Source of the DNA: Escherichia coli
GTDB taxonomy: Bacteria; Pseudomonadota; Gammaproteobacteria; Enterobacterales; Enterobacteriaceae
Direction: 5' to 3' (one strand)
NCBI RefSeq assembly: GCF_003334305.1
Contig: NZ_QOWS01000014.1
Length of the DNA: 64,000 bases
The position numbers and the translations under genes were made by a program. Below, piece after piece: positions 34,859 to 44,553 of this stretch. Within the stretch, counting starts at the first letter, position 1. Every line of letters begins with the position of its first letter. The notes beneath the pieces are model-generated. The model saw nothing but the letters and a program-made list of their open reading frames with translations. It was not told where the DNA came from and ran no database searches.

Positions 34859-35863
34859 ATGTCTGGTTCTGTTGCCGTGACACGCGCCATTGCCGTGCCC
34901 GGATTGCTGTTATTACTGATTATCGCGACGGCATTAAGCCTGCTCATTGGGGCAAAATCACTCCCCGCTTCCGTAGTGCTGGAGGCCTTCTCCGGCACCT
35001 GCCAGAGCGCCGACTGCACCATCGTGCTCGACGCGCGTCTGCCGCGTACCCTTGCCGGTTTACTGGCAGGCGGCGCGCTTGGCCTTGCCGGGGCGTTAAT
35101 GCAAACCCTCACCCGTAACCCACTTGCCGACCCCGGCTTGCTTGGCGTGAACGCCGGAGCCAGCTTTGCCATTGTGCTGGGTGCGGCGCTGTTTGGTTAC
35201 TCTTCCGCACAGGAACAACTGGCGATGGCCTTCGCCGGGGCGCTGGTGGCCTCGTTGATTGTTGCCTTTACCGGCAGCCAGGGCGGCGGGCAGTTAAGTC
35301 CGGTGCGTTTAACCCTGGCGGGCGTGGCGCTGGCGGCGGTGCTGGAAGGACTGACCAGCGGCATCGCCCTGCTTAATCCTGACGTCTACGATCAACTGCG
35401 TTTCTGGCAAGCCGGTTCGCTGGATATTCGCAATCTACATACCTTAAAAGTGGTGCTGATCCCGGTTCTGATCGCCGGAGCAACTGCGCTATTACTGAGT
35501 CGCGCGCTGAACAGTTTGAGCCTCGGCAGTGACACCGCGACGGCGCTGGGCAGTCGCGTGGCGCGCACACAGTTAATTGGTCTGCTGGCGATTACCGTGC
35601 TTTGTGGTAGTGCGACAGCGGTAGTTGGCCCGATTGCCTTTATTGGCCTGATGATGCCGCATATGGCGCGTTGGCTGGTGGGTGCCGATCATCGCTGGTC
35701 GCTGCCCGTCACGCTACTCGCCACCCCTGCCCTGCTGCTGTTTGCCGATATCATCGGGCGGGTGATTGTGCCCGGCGAGTTGCGCGTTTCTGTGGTCAGT
35801 GCGTTTATTGGTGCACCGGTGCTGATCTTCCTCGTGCGACGTAAAACGCGAGGTGGTGCATGA
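34859..35863 (+). CDS. fepD: ferric enterobactin ABC transporter permease FepD
   Basis: ORF 34847..35863; start trimmed to ATG at 34859 (MSGSVAVTRAIAVPGLLLLL, 334 aa). Confidence 0.9.
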   Translation: MSGSVAVTRAIAVPGLLLLLIIATALSLLIGAKSLPASVVLEAFSGTCQSADCTIVLDARLPRTLAGLLAGGALGLAGALMQTLTRNPLADPGLLGVNAGASFAIVLGAALFGYSSAQEQLAMAFAGALVASLIVAFTGSQGGGQLSPVRLTLAGVALAAVLEGLTSGIALLNPDVYDQLRFWQAGSLDIRNLHTLKVVLIPVLIAGATALLLSRALNSLSLGSDTATALGSRVARTQLIGLLAITVLCGSATAVVGPIAFIGLMMPHMARWLVGADHRWSLPVTLLATPALLLFADIIGRVIVPGELRVSVVSAFIGAPVLIFLVRRKTRGGA

Positions 35864-36852
35864 TTTACGTCTCTCGCCGATTACTCATCACCTGTTTGCT
35901 GCTTATTTCCGCCTGTGTGGTTGCAGGTATCTGGGGATTACGCAGCGGTGCCGTCACGCTGGAAACCTCGCAGGTATTCGCCGCGCTGATGGGCGATGCG
36001 CCGCGCAGTATGACGATGGTGGTCACCGAATGGCGTTTACCACGCGTGCTGATGGCGCTGTTGATTGGCGCGGCACTGGGCGTCAGCGGTGCGATTTTTC
36101 AGTCGCTGATGCGTAACCCGCTCGGCAGCCCTGACGTAATGGGCTTTAACACCGGGGCGTGGAGCGGCGTGCTGGTGGCGATGGTGCTGTTTGGTCAGGA
36201 CCTGACGGCTATCGCGCTGGCAGCAATGGTGGGCGGCATTGTCACTTCTCTGTTGGTCTGGCTGCTCGCCTGGCGTAACGGTATCGACACCTTTCGGTTG
36301 ATTATTATCGGCATCGGCGTTCGCGCCATGCTGGTGGCCTTTAATACCTGGCTGTTGCTGAAAGCGTCTTTAGAAACGGCGCTAACAGCGGGTTTGTGGA
36401 ATGCCGGATCGCTCAATGGCCTGACGTGGGCAAAAACTTCGCCTTCCGCACCCATCATTATATTGATGCTCATTGCCGCCGCCTTGCTGGTGCGGCGAAT
36501 GCGCTTGCTGGAGATGGGCGATGATACCGCCTGCGCGCTGGGCGTCAGCGTCGAGCGTTCGCGTCTGTTAATGATGCTGGTTGCAGTGGTGCTTACCGCT
36601 GCGGCAACGGCGCTTGCCGGGCCGATTTCCTTTATTGCTTTAGTCGCGCCGCACATTGCCCGACGCATTAGCGGCACCGCTCGCTGGGGGCTGACCCAGG
36701 CGGCGCTGTGCGGAGCGCTGTTACTGCTGGCGGCCGATCTCTGCGCCCAACAACTGTTTATGCCGTATCAACTTCCGGTTGGCGTCGTTACCGTCAGCCT
36801 CGGCGGTATTTACCTTATCGTCTTGTTAATTCAGGAGTCTCGCAAAAAATGA
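35860..36852 (+). CDS. fepG: ferric enterobactin ABC transporter permease FepG
   Basis: 330-aa ORF overlapping the fepD stop. Confidence 0.92.
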   Translation: MIYVSRRLLITCLLLISACVVAGIWGLRSGAVTLETSQVFAALMGDAPRSMTMVVTEWRLPRVLMALLIGAALGVSGAIFQSLMRNPLGSPDVMGFNTGAWSGVLVAMVLFGQDLTAIALAAMVGGIVTSLLVWLLAWRNGIDTFRLIIIGIGVRAMLVAFNTWLLLKASLETALTAGLWNAGSLNGLTWAKTSPSAPIIILMLIAAALLVRRMRLLEMGDDTACALGVSVERSRLLMMLVAVVLTAAATALAGPISFIALVAPHIARRISGTARWGLTQAALCGALLLLAADLCAQQLFMPYQLPVGVVTVSLGGIYLIVLLIQESRKK

Positions 36853-37664
36853 CCGAATCAGTAGCCCGTTTGCGCGGCGAACAGTTAACCCTGGGATATG
36901 GCAAATATACCGTTGCGGAAAATCTGACTGTAGAAATTCCTGATGGTCACTTCACGGCAATTATCGGACCAAATGGCTGTGGTAAATCCACGTTACTGCG
37001 TACCTTAAGCCGCCTGATGACGCCTGCTCACGGGCATGTCTGGCTGGATGGCGAGCACATTCAACATTACGCCAGTAAAGAAGTTGCACGCCGGATTGGT
37101 CTGTTGGCGCAAAATGCTACCACGCCGGGCGATATCACCGTGCAGGAGCTGGTGGCGCGTGGACGTTATCCGCATCAACCGCTGTTTACCCGCTGGCGCA
37201 AAGAGGATGAAGAAGCGGTAACGAAAGCGATGCAGGCCACGGGAATAACTCATCTGGCAGATCAAAGCGTGGATACCCTTTCTGGCGGACAACGCCAGCG
37301 AGCGTGGATCGCGATGGTGCTGGCCCAGGAAACGGCAATTATGCTGCTCGACGAACCCACGACCTGGCTGGATATCAGTCATCAGATTGATCTACTGGAA
37401 CTGTTAAGCGAACTGAACCGCGAGAAAGGCTATACCCTGGCGGCGGTGCTGCACGATCTTAATCAGGCCTGTCGTTACGCCAGCCATTTGATTGCATTGC
37501 GGGAAGGGAAAATTGTTGCTCAGGGAGCGCCGAAGGAGATTGTCACTGCTGAACTGATTGAGCGCATTTATGGTCTGCGATGCATGATCATTGACGATCC
37601 GGTAGCCGGAACGCCGCTTGTGGTGCCGCTCGGACGAACGGCACCTTCAACCGCAAATAGTTAA
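36849..37664 (+). CDS. fepC: ferric enterobactin ABC transporter ATPase FepC
   Basis: ORF 36708..37664; start trimmed to ATG at 36849 overlapping the fepG stop (MTESVARLRGEQLTLGYG, 271 aa); Walker A GPNGCGKST. Confidence 0.92.
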   Translation: MTESVARLRGEQLTLGYGKYTVAENLTVEIPDGHFTAIIGPNGCGKSTLLRTLSRLMTPAHGHVWLDGEHIQHYASKEVARRIGLLAQNATTPGDITVQELVARGRYPHQPLFTRWRKEDEEAVTKAMQATGITHLADQSVDTLSGGQRQRAWIAMVLAQETAIMLLDEPTTWLDISHQIDLLELLSELNREKGYTLAAVLHDLNQACRYASHLIALREGKIVAQGAPKEIVTAELIERIYGLRCMIIDDPVAGTPLVVPLGRTAPSTANS

Positions 37665-38794
37665 ACTAAGTGGTCTGCCATCATGGCATCCTGTTTTCTG
37701 GATGCCATCGCATAGCGCAATAACACGCTACCACAAGCCACCATCCCGCCGATCAGCGCGGAAAGGATCACAATAATCGCCTTACCCGGACCGTCTTTTT
37801 TCACTGGCAATGACGGGCTTAACTGATATTTAAACGGCGTAAAATTCACATCGTTGATATTTGCTTTTGTTAACTGCTCAACAAGATACTGACGATTACG
37901 TAATTCACCGTTCAGTTCCGCAACGTCAGTGACCGCTTTTTCAATTTCCAGTTTGCGTTCAATACCGTCTGCGCCGAGAGAAATAGAGAAATCGGGGTCA
38001 TCTTTAACGGCCTGACCATTACTGTATACGGGCTTTTTAATTCCCGCCGCGTTGGCAATGTCGAGTGAATAATTGAGGCGCTGAATGTTTGCATCAAGTT
38101 GATTTTTCGTTTTAATGCGATCCTGAGCCAGTTTTTCTTTTTCAAACTGGGTTTTGATCTCCAGTTTATTACGGACGTTTTCTATCGACTCTTTCACCAC
38201 CAACGCAGAGATATAATCGATATACCCGCTCAAAACGGTCTGCGCCTCTTTACTGGTTGGCGCGGTAAAACTTAGCGTCCAGGAGGTATACAGTGACGGT
38301 TCATCTTTTTTCTTACTGGCATTGTCATCAACCGCTTTCATTTTTTCGCTCAATGCAACAATAGCGCGATGCAAATCCAGTTCATCGATTTTCGCCTCTT
38401 TTAATTGGTCCATCACATAAGGTGATGAACGCAGGTACTCTTCCAGCAAGCTAACAGACTGAAACTTCTTGATAAACAGGTTAAATGCACCGCCACGGTC
38501 GATATTAACATCGAGATCAAGAACGCGGAGTTTGGTAAAGGTTTTCTCCAGGTCCTGCCACTGAATGGCTTCGGCGGGAGTAATAACGGCTGAGCTGGTC
38601 CATTTTTGCGGCAGGATGAAAGAGATCAGTAAACCTGCGCAGGCAAATGCAAAAACGACCGCCATGACCGTTTTTTTGGCCCGCCATAAAACTTCGATTA
38701 GATTAAGTAAATCAATTTCATTATTACTGGGCGACGCCAGAGGATACTCAGAAAAATGAGCGTCACTTCCCTGTTTAATATTCAATGATGACAT
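37661..38794 (-). CDS. fepE: polysaccharide co-polymerase (Wzz-like) FepE
   Basis: 377-aa ORF MSSLNIKQGSDAHFSEYPLASPSNNEIDLL; 3' end overlaps the convergent fepC by 4 bp. Confidence 0.9.
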   Translation of the reverse strand: MSSLNIKQGSDAHFSEYPLASPSNNEIDLLNLIEVLWRAKKTVMAVVFAFACAGLLISFILPQKWTSSAVITPAEAIQWQDLEKTFTKLRVLDLDVNIDRGGAFNLFIKKFQSVSLLEEYLRSSPYVMDQLKEAKIDELDLHRAIVALSEKMKAVDDNASKKKDEPSLYTSWTLSFTAPTSKEAQTVLSGYIDYISALVVKESIENVRNKLEIKTQFEKEKLAQDRIKTKNQLDANIQRLNYSLDIANAAGIKKPVYSNGQAVKDDPDFSISLGADGIERKLEIEKAVTDVAELNGELRNRQYLVEQLTKANINDVNFTPFKYQLSPSLPVKKDGPGKAIIVILSALIGGMVACGSVLLRYAMASRKQDAMMADHLV

Positions 38795-38960
38795 GGGGTA
38801 TAACCTGAAAATGAGTCCAATAGGGGAAAATCTCCACGGCGCTCACTTTACCAGTTGGTGAGAATTATCCGAAGCTGAAGTTTGTAAATTCCTTCCACTG
38901 AATGCAACATTCACTCTATTTAAGAGAAATAACTAGCAAACTTATAAACTAAATAAATGA

Positions 38961-38994
38961 TTAACCCATAATTATTTCCTATAATTATGGGTTA
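38961..38994. promoter_or_regulatory. perfect 14-bp-arm AT-rich palindrome between entF and fepE (entF terminator hairpin and/or fepE operator)
   Basis: ttaacccataatta-tttcc-taattatgggttaa located 16-50 bp downstream of the entF stop. Confidence 0.45.
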
Positions 38995-39009
38995 ATAGAT
39001 AATGTTAAT

Positions 39010-42000
39010 TTACCTGTTTAGCGTTGCGCGAATAATCGGCCCAATTTTTTCAAACGCCCCTGGAGAGATAATATCCACATGCGCACAATCCTGACGATAG
39101 ATATCCAGCTCCGCAATCCACGGCGACCAGGCGCGTTCGGGGCTCATACCTTCCTGAAGCGTGCGTTCAGCAACAAACAGCGTCGCTTTACCATCAAACG
39201 GTACGCTATGAGCAGTCGTCAGCAGGCGCACAGCATCAGCGTAGTTGCCTTCAATGGTGGTAAACAACTCCGTTGAAGTACTTCCCTGCTGTGCAGCCAG
39301 GAAGGCCTCGCGCTCGCGGTTAATCTCCGCCAGCACTTCCGGGTCCAGACCATTAGCTTCTTTTTCCTGCCAGTTTTGCGTTTCTGGCGGCCAGGTATCC
39401 AGCAAGCCAAGAAATGCCACCTGTTCGCCACGGGCACGCAGTCGCGCCGCAATACCCTGCACCAGCGTACCGCCAAGGGAATACCCCAGCAGGTAATAAG
39501 GGCCGTGCGGTTGTTGCTCAAGTAACGTTGCCAGATGCGCTTCGCAGACTTCATCCAGGTTTGTCGCTGTCTGCATGGGTCCATGAGGGCGCGGCGACTG
39601 AATGCCAATAATCGACCATTGTGGATCGAGATAACGCGAGAGCACGCTAAACTGCCAGGCAAAACCGGATGCCGGATGGAAACAAAACAGCGTCGGGCCA
39701 TTACCTTCACGCAACGGCAGAATGGTTTCGAATCCCATGCGCCGGGAGCTGTCCTCTTCACCATCAATAATCGTTGCCAGTTTGGCGACGGTTGACGCGA
39801 CCATCACCTGCCCCGGCGTCACCTGACGAGCAAACTGTCGACTTAACTGCGCTGCCAGTTTCATTGCCAGTAGCGAATGACCGCCCAGCGCAAAGAAATC
39901 AGCATCGGCATCCTGCACGTCACAACCCAGCAACGACGCGAATGCCGCGGCGATAATCTTTTCACTGCCCGCTTTCGGTGCACGTCCCGACGCTTGTGTC
40001 TTCAGTTCAGGCAACGGTAAGGCTTTGCGATCCAGCTTGCCGTTGGCGCTAAGAGGTAACTGTGGAAGTTGCAGCAGAACCACCGGCACCATATGCGGCG
40101 GCAATGTTTCGCGAAGCTGTGCCTGTAATGCGCTGGTATCCAACGGCAGACCTGATTGCGACACCAGATAGCCCACCAACTGACGCGCATCACCACCGGT
40201 GGCTGCCGCCAGGTTAATCACACAGGCGTGGGTAACGGCTTGTTTGACATCCGGCAGCGCCTGCATCACGCGATCGATTTCGCCCAGTTCGATACGCTGC
40301 CCGCGAATTTTTAGCTGATCGTCACTGCGCCCGAGGTACTCCACCGCGCCGTTATCCAGCCAGCGGGCGACGTCTCCGGTACGATACATCCGTTCACCTG
40401 GGGCAAAAGGATCGGCAATAAAACGGCTGGCGGTCAGATCGGGTCGTCCAAGATACCCCTGCGCCAGTTGGATGCCGGTGAGATAGAGATCACCCGCCAC
40501 ACCCGGCGGCACCGGATGCATCATCGCATCAAGAATACGCAGACCCGTATTCCATACCGGATAACCAATCGGCACACTGCTGCCGCGCACCTGTGCCAGT
40601 TCCTCGCCAAAAGCCGGATACCAGCTGACATCTACCGCCGCTTCCGTCGGGCCATACAGGTTATGCAACGGCGCGCCGGTTAACTGTTGCCATTCGCGGC
40701 ATAAATCAGCCGGTAAGGCCTCACCACTACAGAAAACCTGTTTCAACGTCGCGCAATTCTGGCGAGCGGTTTGCGGCGTCAGCGATGCAACAAATGCCGC
40801 CAGCATCGACGGCACAAAGTGCGTGGTCGTTACGCCATATTCGGCAAAGAATTGCTGCATAGCGAGCGGGTCACGGTGCGCTTCCGGTTCAGCCATCACC
40901 AGTTTTGCCCCTGCGATAAACGGCCAGAAAAACTCCCACACCGAGACATCAAAACTGCACGGCGTTTTTTGGGCAACGACATCTTCGCCTGTAAGCGGGT
41001 AGTGATTTTGCATCCATAACAGGCGGTTAACGATAGCCGTCTGCCCGACCATTACACCTTTCGGCCTGCCGGTGGAGCCAGAGGTAAAGATGATATAAGC
41101 CGTGTGGTGCGGTTGTGAAAGTTGCAGCGGCGCACTGCCCTGGGGGGTAAGCGGGGCGTTATAGCAAAGGCTTGTTAAATTGGGAACATCGCTAAAGCGC
41201 GGCAGTTGATCGTCGGTGGTAATTAACAGCGACGGACGCGCATCTTCCAGCATCATTTTCAGGCGATCGTCCGGATAGCCGGTATCCAGCGGTAGCCAGG
41301 CCGCGCCAGCTTCAACTATTGCATGGAGTGCCAGGGTCAAAAAGACCGAGCGCGGTAGTGCCACCGCCACGCTGTCCCCTGGTTTAACGCCGCGCTCACG
41401 CAGCAGATTCGCCAGCGCCACCACCTGCTCGCGCATTTCCCGATAGCTGAACAGGTAACGCGCATCTGCCAGCGCCGGAGCATCCGGTGTTTTTGCCGCT
41501 TGTTCTGCCACCAGCGCGCTCAGCGTGGTTTCTGGAATCTCAACCTGAGTGGCGTTGATCTGCGCCAGCTGCGCATACTCACCTGGCAGCATAATATCGA
41601 CATCGCCGCACAACAGCGCCGGATCCGCGGCGAACTGGGCAATCAGCATTTTCAGGCGTTCAGCATGCTGGATTAACGTTGGCTCATCGTAACGCTGTTT
41701 ATTGGCGAGGATCTCAATACTCAAATCACCGTGTTCATCCGGGAACAGGGCCAGTTCAAGGTCATTAACCGGACCGGTTGCCAGGGTATGGGTTTGCGTC
41801 TGAACACCAGGAATATCCAGTTGGTAATCAAATACCTTGATATTGAGTACCGGACCGAACAGCGGTTCCTCTCCTGCCGCTCGCCCGCTGTCACGGACAA
41901 TTTGTTCGGCATCGTAACGTTGATGACGACGCATTTTTTTCAGTTGTGCTGCCAGTCGGGTTGCCAGTTCCGGCAGCGTTTCTTGCGCCGCAATGTGAAT

Positions 42001-42891
42001 ACCCAACGGTAAAACGTTGAGCACGGGTCCGCTAGCCGTCAGCGCCGCCGAGCCCAGTCGACGCATAAAGATAAATCCGGCGGCATAGTCCATGCGATTG
42101 CACAATCGCCCCAGCCACAAGGCTGCCAGCGCAAGGGCTAAATCGGTACGCTGCACACCTGAAAGTTGCGTAGCCAGCTGGCGGAATTCCCCGTCGGTAA
42201 ATTCCAGTTTCAGGCGCAGAATATCTGCCGAAGCGCTGCGCCTCGCTAAAGGTGCCGGAGAAAGTGACGCGGGCGGCGGCAGTTGACGACGCTGTTCTGC
42301 CCAGAATGCCGCATCACGCTGCCAGGCTTCGCTTTCGCGGTATTGCTGGTACTCTTCCACTACATCAGCGAAAGGCGTAAACGGCGAAGCAGGCGTTGGT
42401 TCGCCACGCAGCCATGTGCAGTAAATATTGGCGATCTGGCGAGTAATGGCCGGGAAACTGAAGCCATCGACCAGCAAATGGTGATAACGCTGATACCAGT
42501 ACCAGCGGTTATCCGCAACATGTATCAGCTGATGAAAGACCAGTGGTTTACCGCTATCGACGCGCAAATCTTGTTGCAAATCCGCCAGCATTAATGCCTG
42601 CGCAGTACCGTGCGGATCAATATTGGTTCGCAGGTCGATAATTTCTGGCAGTTCGAATATCAGCGCATCATCGACCCACTGCCAGACTTCGCCGTTATCT
42701 TCCGTAAAACGCATCCGCAACGTATCTGCTTGCGCTAGTCCGACAACCACCGCGCGGGCCAGTAATGGCGCATCAACATCTCCAGTTAACTCAACGTAAT
42801 GCGCCACGCTCCAGGCGGAGGGTAAATCCGACAGTTTTTCTGCCATCCAGATGCCGGGCTGTGCGGCGACCAAAGGTAAATGCTGGCTCAT
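39010..42891 (-). CDS. entF: enterobactin NRPS EntF (C-A-PCP-TE, serine-activating)
   Basis: ORF 39010..43029; start trimmed to the ATG giving MSQHLPLVAAQPGIWMAEKL (1293 aa); start overlaps the ybdZ stop (ATGA). Confidence 0.93.
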   Translation of the reverse strand: MSQHLPLVAAQPGIWMAEKLSDLPSAWSVAHYVELTGDVDAPLLARAVVVGLAQADTLRMRFTEDNGEVWQWVDDALIFELPEIIDLRTNIDPHGTAQALMLADLQQDLRVDSGKPLVFHQLIHVADNRWYWYQRYHHLLVDGFSFPAITRQIANIYCTWLRGEPTPASPFTPFADVVEEYQQYRESEAWQRDAAFWAEQRRQLPPPASLSPAPLARRSASADILRLKLEFTDGEFRQLATQLSGVQRTDLALALAALWLGRLCNRMDYAAGFIFMRRLGSAALTASGPVLNVLPLGIHIAAQETLPELATRLAAQLKKMRRHQRYDAEQIVRDSGRAAGEEPLFGPVLNIKVFDYQLDIPGVQTQTHTLATGPVNDLELALFPDEHGDLSIEILANKQRYDEPTLIQHAERLKMLIAQFAADPALLCGDVDIMLPGEYAQLAQINATQVEIPETTLSALVAEQAAKTPDAPALADARYLFSYREMREQVVALANLLRERGVKPGDSVAVALPRSVFLTLALHAIVEAGAAWLPLDTGYPDDRLKMMLEDARPSLLITTDDQLPRFSDVPNLTSLCYNAPLTPQGSAPLQLSQPHHTAYIIFTSGSTGRPKGVMVGQTAIVNRLLWMQNHYPLTGEDVVAQKTPCSFDVSVWEFFWPFIAGAKLVMAEPEAHRDPLAMQQFFAEYGVTTTHFVPSMLAAFVASLTPQTARQNCATLKQVFCSGEALPADLCREWQQLTGAPLHNLYGPTEAAVDVSWYPAFGEELAQVRGSSVPIGYPVWNTGLRILDAMMHPVPPGVAGDLYLTGIQLAQGYLGRPDLTASRFIADPFAPGERMYRTGDVARWLDNGAVEYLGRSDDQLKIRGQRIELGEIDRVMQALPDVKQAVTHACVINLAAATGGDARQLVGYLVSQSGLPLDTSALQAQLRETLPPHMVPVVLLQLPQLPLSANGKLDRKALPLPELKTQASGRAPKAGSEKIIAAAFASLLGCDVQDADADFFALGGHSLLAMKLAAQLSRQFARQVTPGQVMVASTVAKLATIIDGEEDSSRRMGFETILPLREGNGPTLFCFHPASGFAWQFSVLSRYLDPQWSIIGIQSPRPHGPMQTATNLDEVCEAHLATLLEQQPHGPYYLLGYSLGGTLVQGIAARLRARGEQVAFLGLLDTWPPETQNWQEKEANGLDPEVLAEINREREAFLAAQQGSTSTELFTTIEGNYADAVRLLTTAHSVPFDGKATLFVAERTLQEGMSPERAWSPWIAELDIYRQDCAHVDIISPGAFEKIGPIIRATLNR

Positions 42892-43106
42892 TGTGCCTCC
42901 TGCAACTGGGTGAAATTGGCCGGTGTCAGAGTACGCCAGTGGACTTCCAGCCACTGCTGGCAGGACGCCTGTGACTGCGGCTGACACACAATGTCCCAGC
43001 CTGCCGGTAAGGCGCATTGTTGCGGCCACAGACTGAATTGCCCCTGCGCATTGCGCAAAATGTAAAACGCTCCCTGTGGATCATCGAAGGGATTACTGAA
43101 TGCCAT
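42888..43106 (-). CDS. ybdZ: MbtH-like protein YbdZ
   Basis: ORF 42888..43112; ATG at 43104-43106 gives MAFSNPFDDPQGAFYILRNAQGQFSLWP (72 aa). Confidence 0.9.
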   Translation of the reverse strand: MAFSNPFDDPQGAFYILRNAQGQFSLWPQQCALPAGWDIVCQPQSQASCQQWLEVHWRTLTPANFTQLQEAQ

Positions 43107-43108
43107 AT

Positions 43109-44233
43109 TCAACTCCTGTCATGGAAAAGTGGTTGCCAGAGGTCGATTAGCCCCTGCATCAAGCCACCGCGCCAACAAAGCGCATCATGTCCGCCGTCAA
43201 CCTGACGCCAGAAAATGGATTCTTTTATGGGGTGTAATTGCGCATACAGCGCCTGATTGGCCCGCATAATCATCGGCTCGCGAATACCCGCTTCCAGCAC
43301 AATGCGCAGACCTTCGGCGCTAACTTCACCAGCTTTAAGCTTTTCAAGTAACACGCCCTCTTGCTGCCCGCCCCGATGCGGCCACCAGTACGATCCTGAC
43401 TGGCTTAATACACAGCCAAAGCGTTCAGGCCAGTGCAGTCCGGCATACAGCGCGGAAAGTCCACCAAAACTCTGCCCGGCGACCACGGTGCGATCGGCGC
43501 GATCGCTAAAAGGGGCAATAGCTTTCACCAGGGGTAATAACTCTTGCTGTACTGCCAGCCAGAAATCCGCATTACACGGCAGTTCGTGAGCGCGGTGCGT
43601 AGTGTCGATAGCGTCGATCAACACATACACGGCGGGAGGAAGTTGCTGACGATGGGTCAACGAAGTCAGCACAGGCCAGACAGGCATACTCTGCGCCCAA
43701 AATTCGCCATCGAGCAAAACTGCCAGCGGGCGTTCTCCTGCTGTTGCATCGCCAGTGGTAAAAATCCATACACGGCGTGAATTTTTCAACCGTTCACTTT
43801 TCCAGATAATTTCTTTGGCAGGCGTTTCTGGCGCTTGCGGACAATCCCATCCCGGTTGCAGAGGCGCTTGCGGCATTTCGAGTGCAGAAACAGCGTGCCC
43901 TCGCCCGCCTTTCCAGCTTTGTGGATTCAGCGGATCGGCTATTGCCTGGGGTAATAGTTTTCGCCAGCCTTCACGTAATTCGAGGCGATCGGGGGATGGT
44001 GCAGAAAAAATGTCATCGCGTTCGGTGGGAATAAAACAGTAGCTGCCGCGCCAGTTGGCATTGAGTTGTGTCGTCCACTGCCAGACGTTGGTGCCTGCAA
44101 TTCGCTGCATCGACTGGGGCTGGCTGTTCTGATGGTGATCGGTCACACCAGTGATGTAGACCCATACGCGCTTTATCGTCGAGTATTCTTCAGAACCTTG
44201 GGGATCACGCCACCAGAAAGTGACCTCAAACAT
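43109..44233 (-). CDS. fes: enterobactin esterase Fes
   Basis: ORF 43109..44311; start placed at the ATG giving MFEVTFWWRDPQG (374 aa); the frame stays open 26 codons further up to a GTG at 44311. Confidence 0.8.
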   Translation of the reverse strand: MFEVTFWWRDPQGSEEYSTIKRVWVYITGVTDHHQNSQPQSMQRIAGTNVWQWTTQLNANWRGSYCFIPTERDDIFSAPSPDRLELREGWRKLLPQAIADPLNPQSWKGGRGHAVSALEMPQAPLQPGWDCPQAPETPAKEIIWKSERLKNSRRVWIFTTGDATAGERPLAVLLDGEFWAQSMPVWPVLTSLTHRQQLPPAVYVLIDAIDTTHRAHELPCNADFWLAVQQELLPLVKAIAPFSDRADRTVVAGQSFGGLSALYAGLHWPERFGCVLSQSGSYWWPHRGGQQEGVLLEKLKAGEVSAEGLRIVLEAGIREPMIMRANQALYAQLHPIKESIFWRQVDGGHDALCWRGGLMQGLIDLWQPLFHDRS

Positions 44234-44360
44234 TTCGTCATTCAGACGCTGCCATTCCGGGCCATGTTTCGACTGCCACCAGCTCTCACTTCCTACTTTT
44301 AACGCCGTCACACCATAACCCCATGTTTACTGTGCAATTTTTCATTGATTGCAGAAATAT

Positions 44361-44400
44361 ATTGATAATATTATTGATAACTATTTGCATTTGCAATAGC
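44361..44400. promoter_or_regulatory. overlapping Fur boxes of the bidirectional fes / fepA promoter
   Basis: attgataatattattgataactatttgcatttgcaatagc; tandem GATAAT-type repeats. Confidence 0.75.
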
Positions 44401-44553
44401 GTAATGGCGCGCCGTGGGAAGCGCGGACATTAATTAACCAACTGCACTGCGTGTCTTTCAGGATCAAAGGTTTTCGCGGTAGCGGGATGCGTCGTGTTGA
44501 TGACGACCATGCCCGACAGTTGCAATTCGTGGCAAAAATGCAGGAATAAAACA

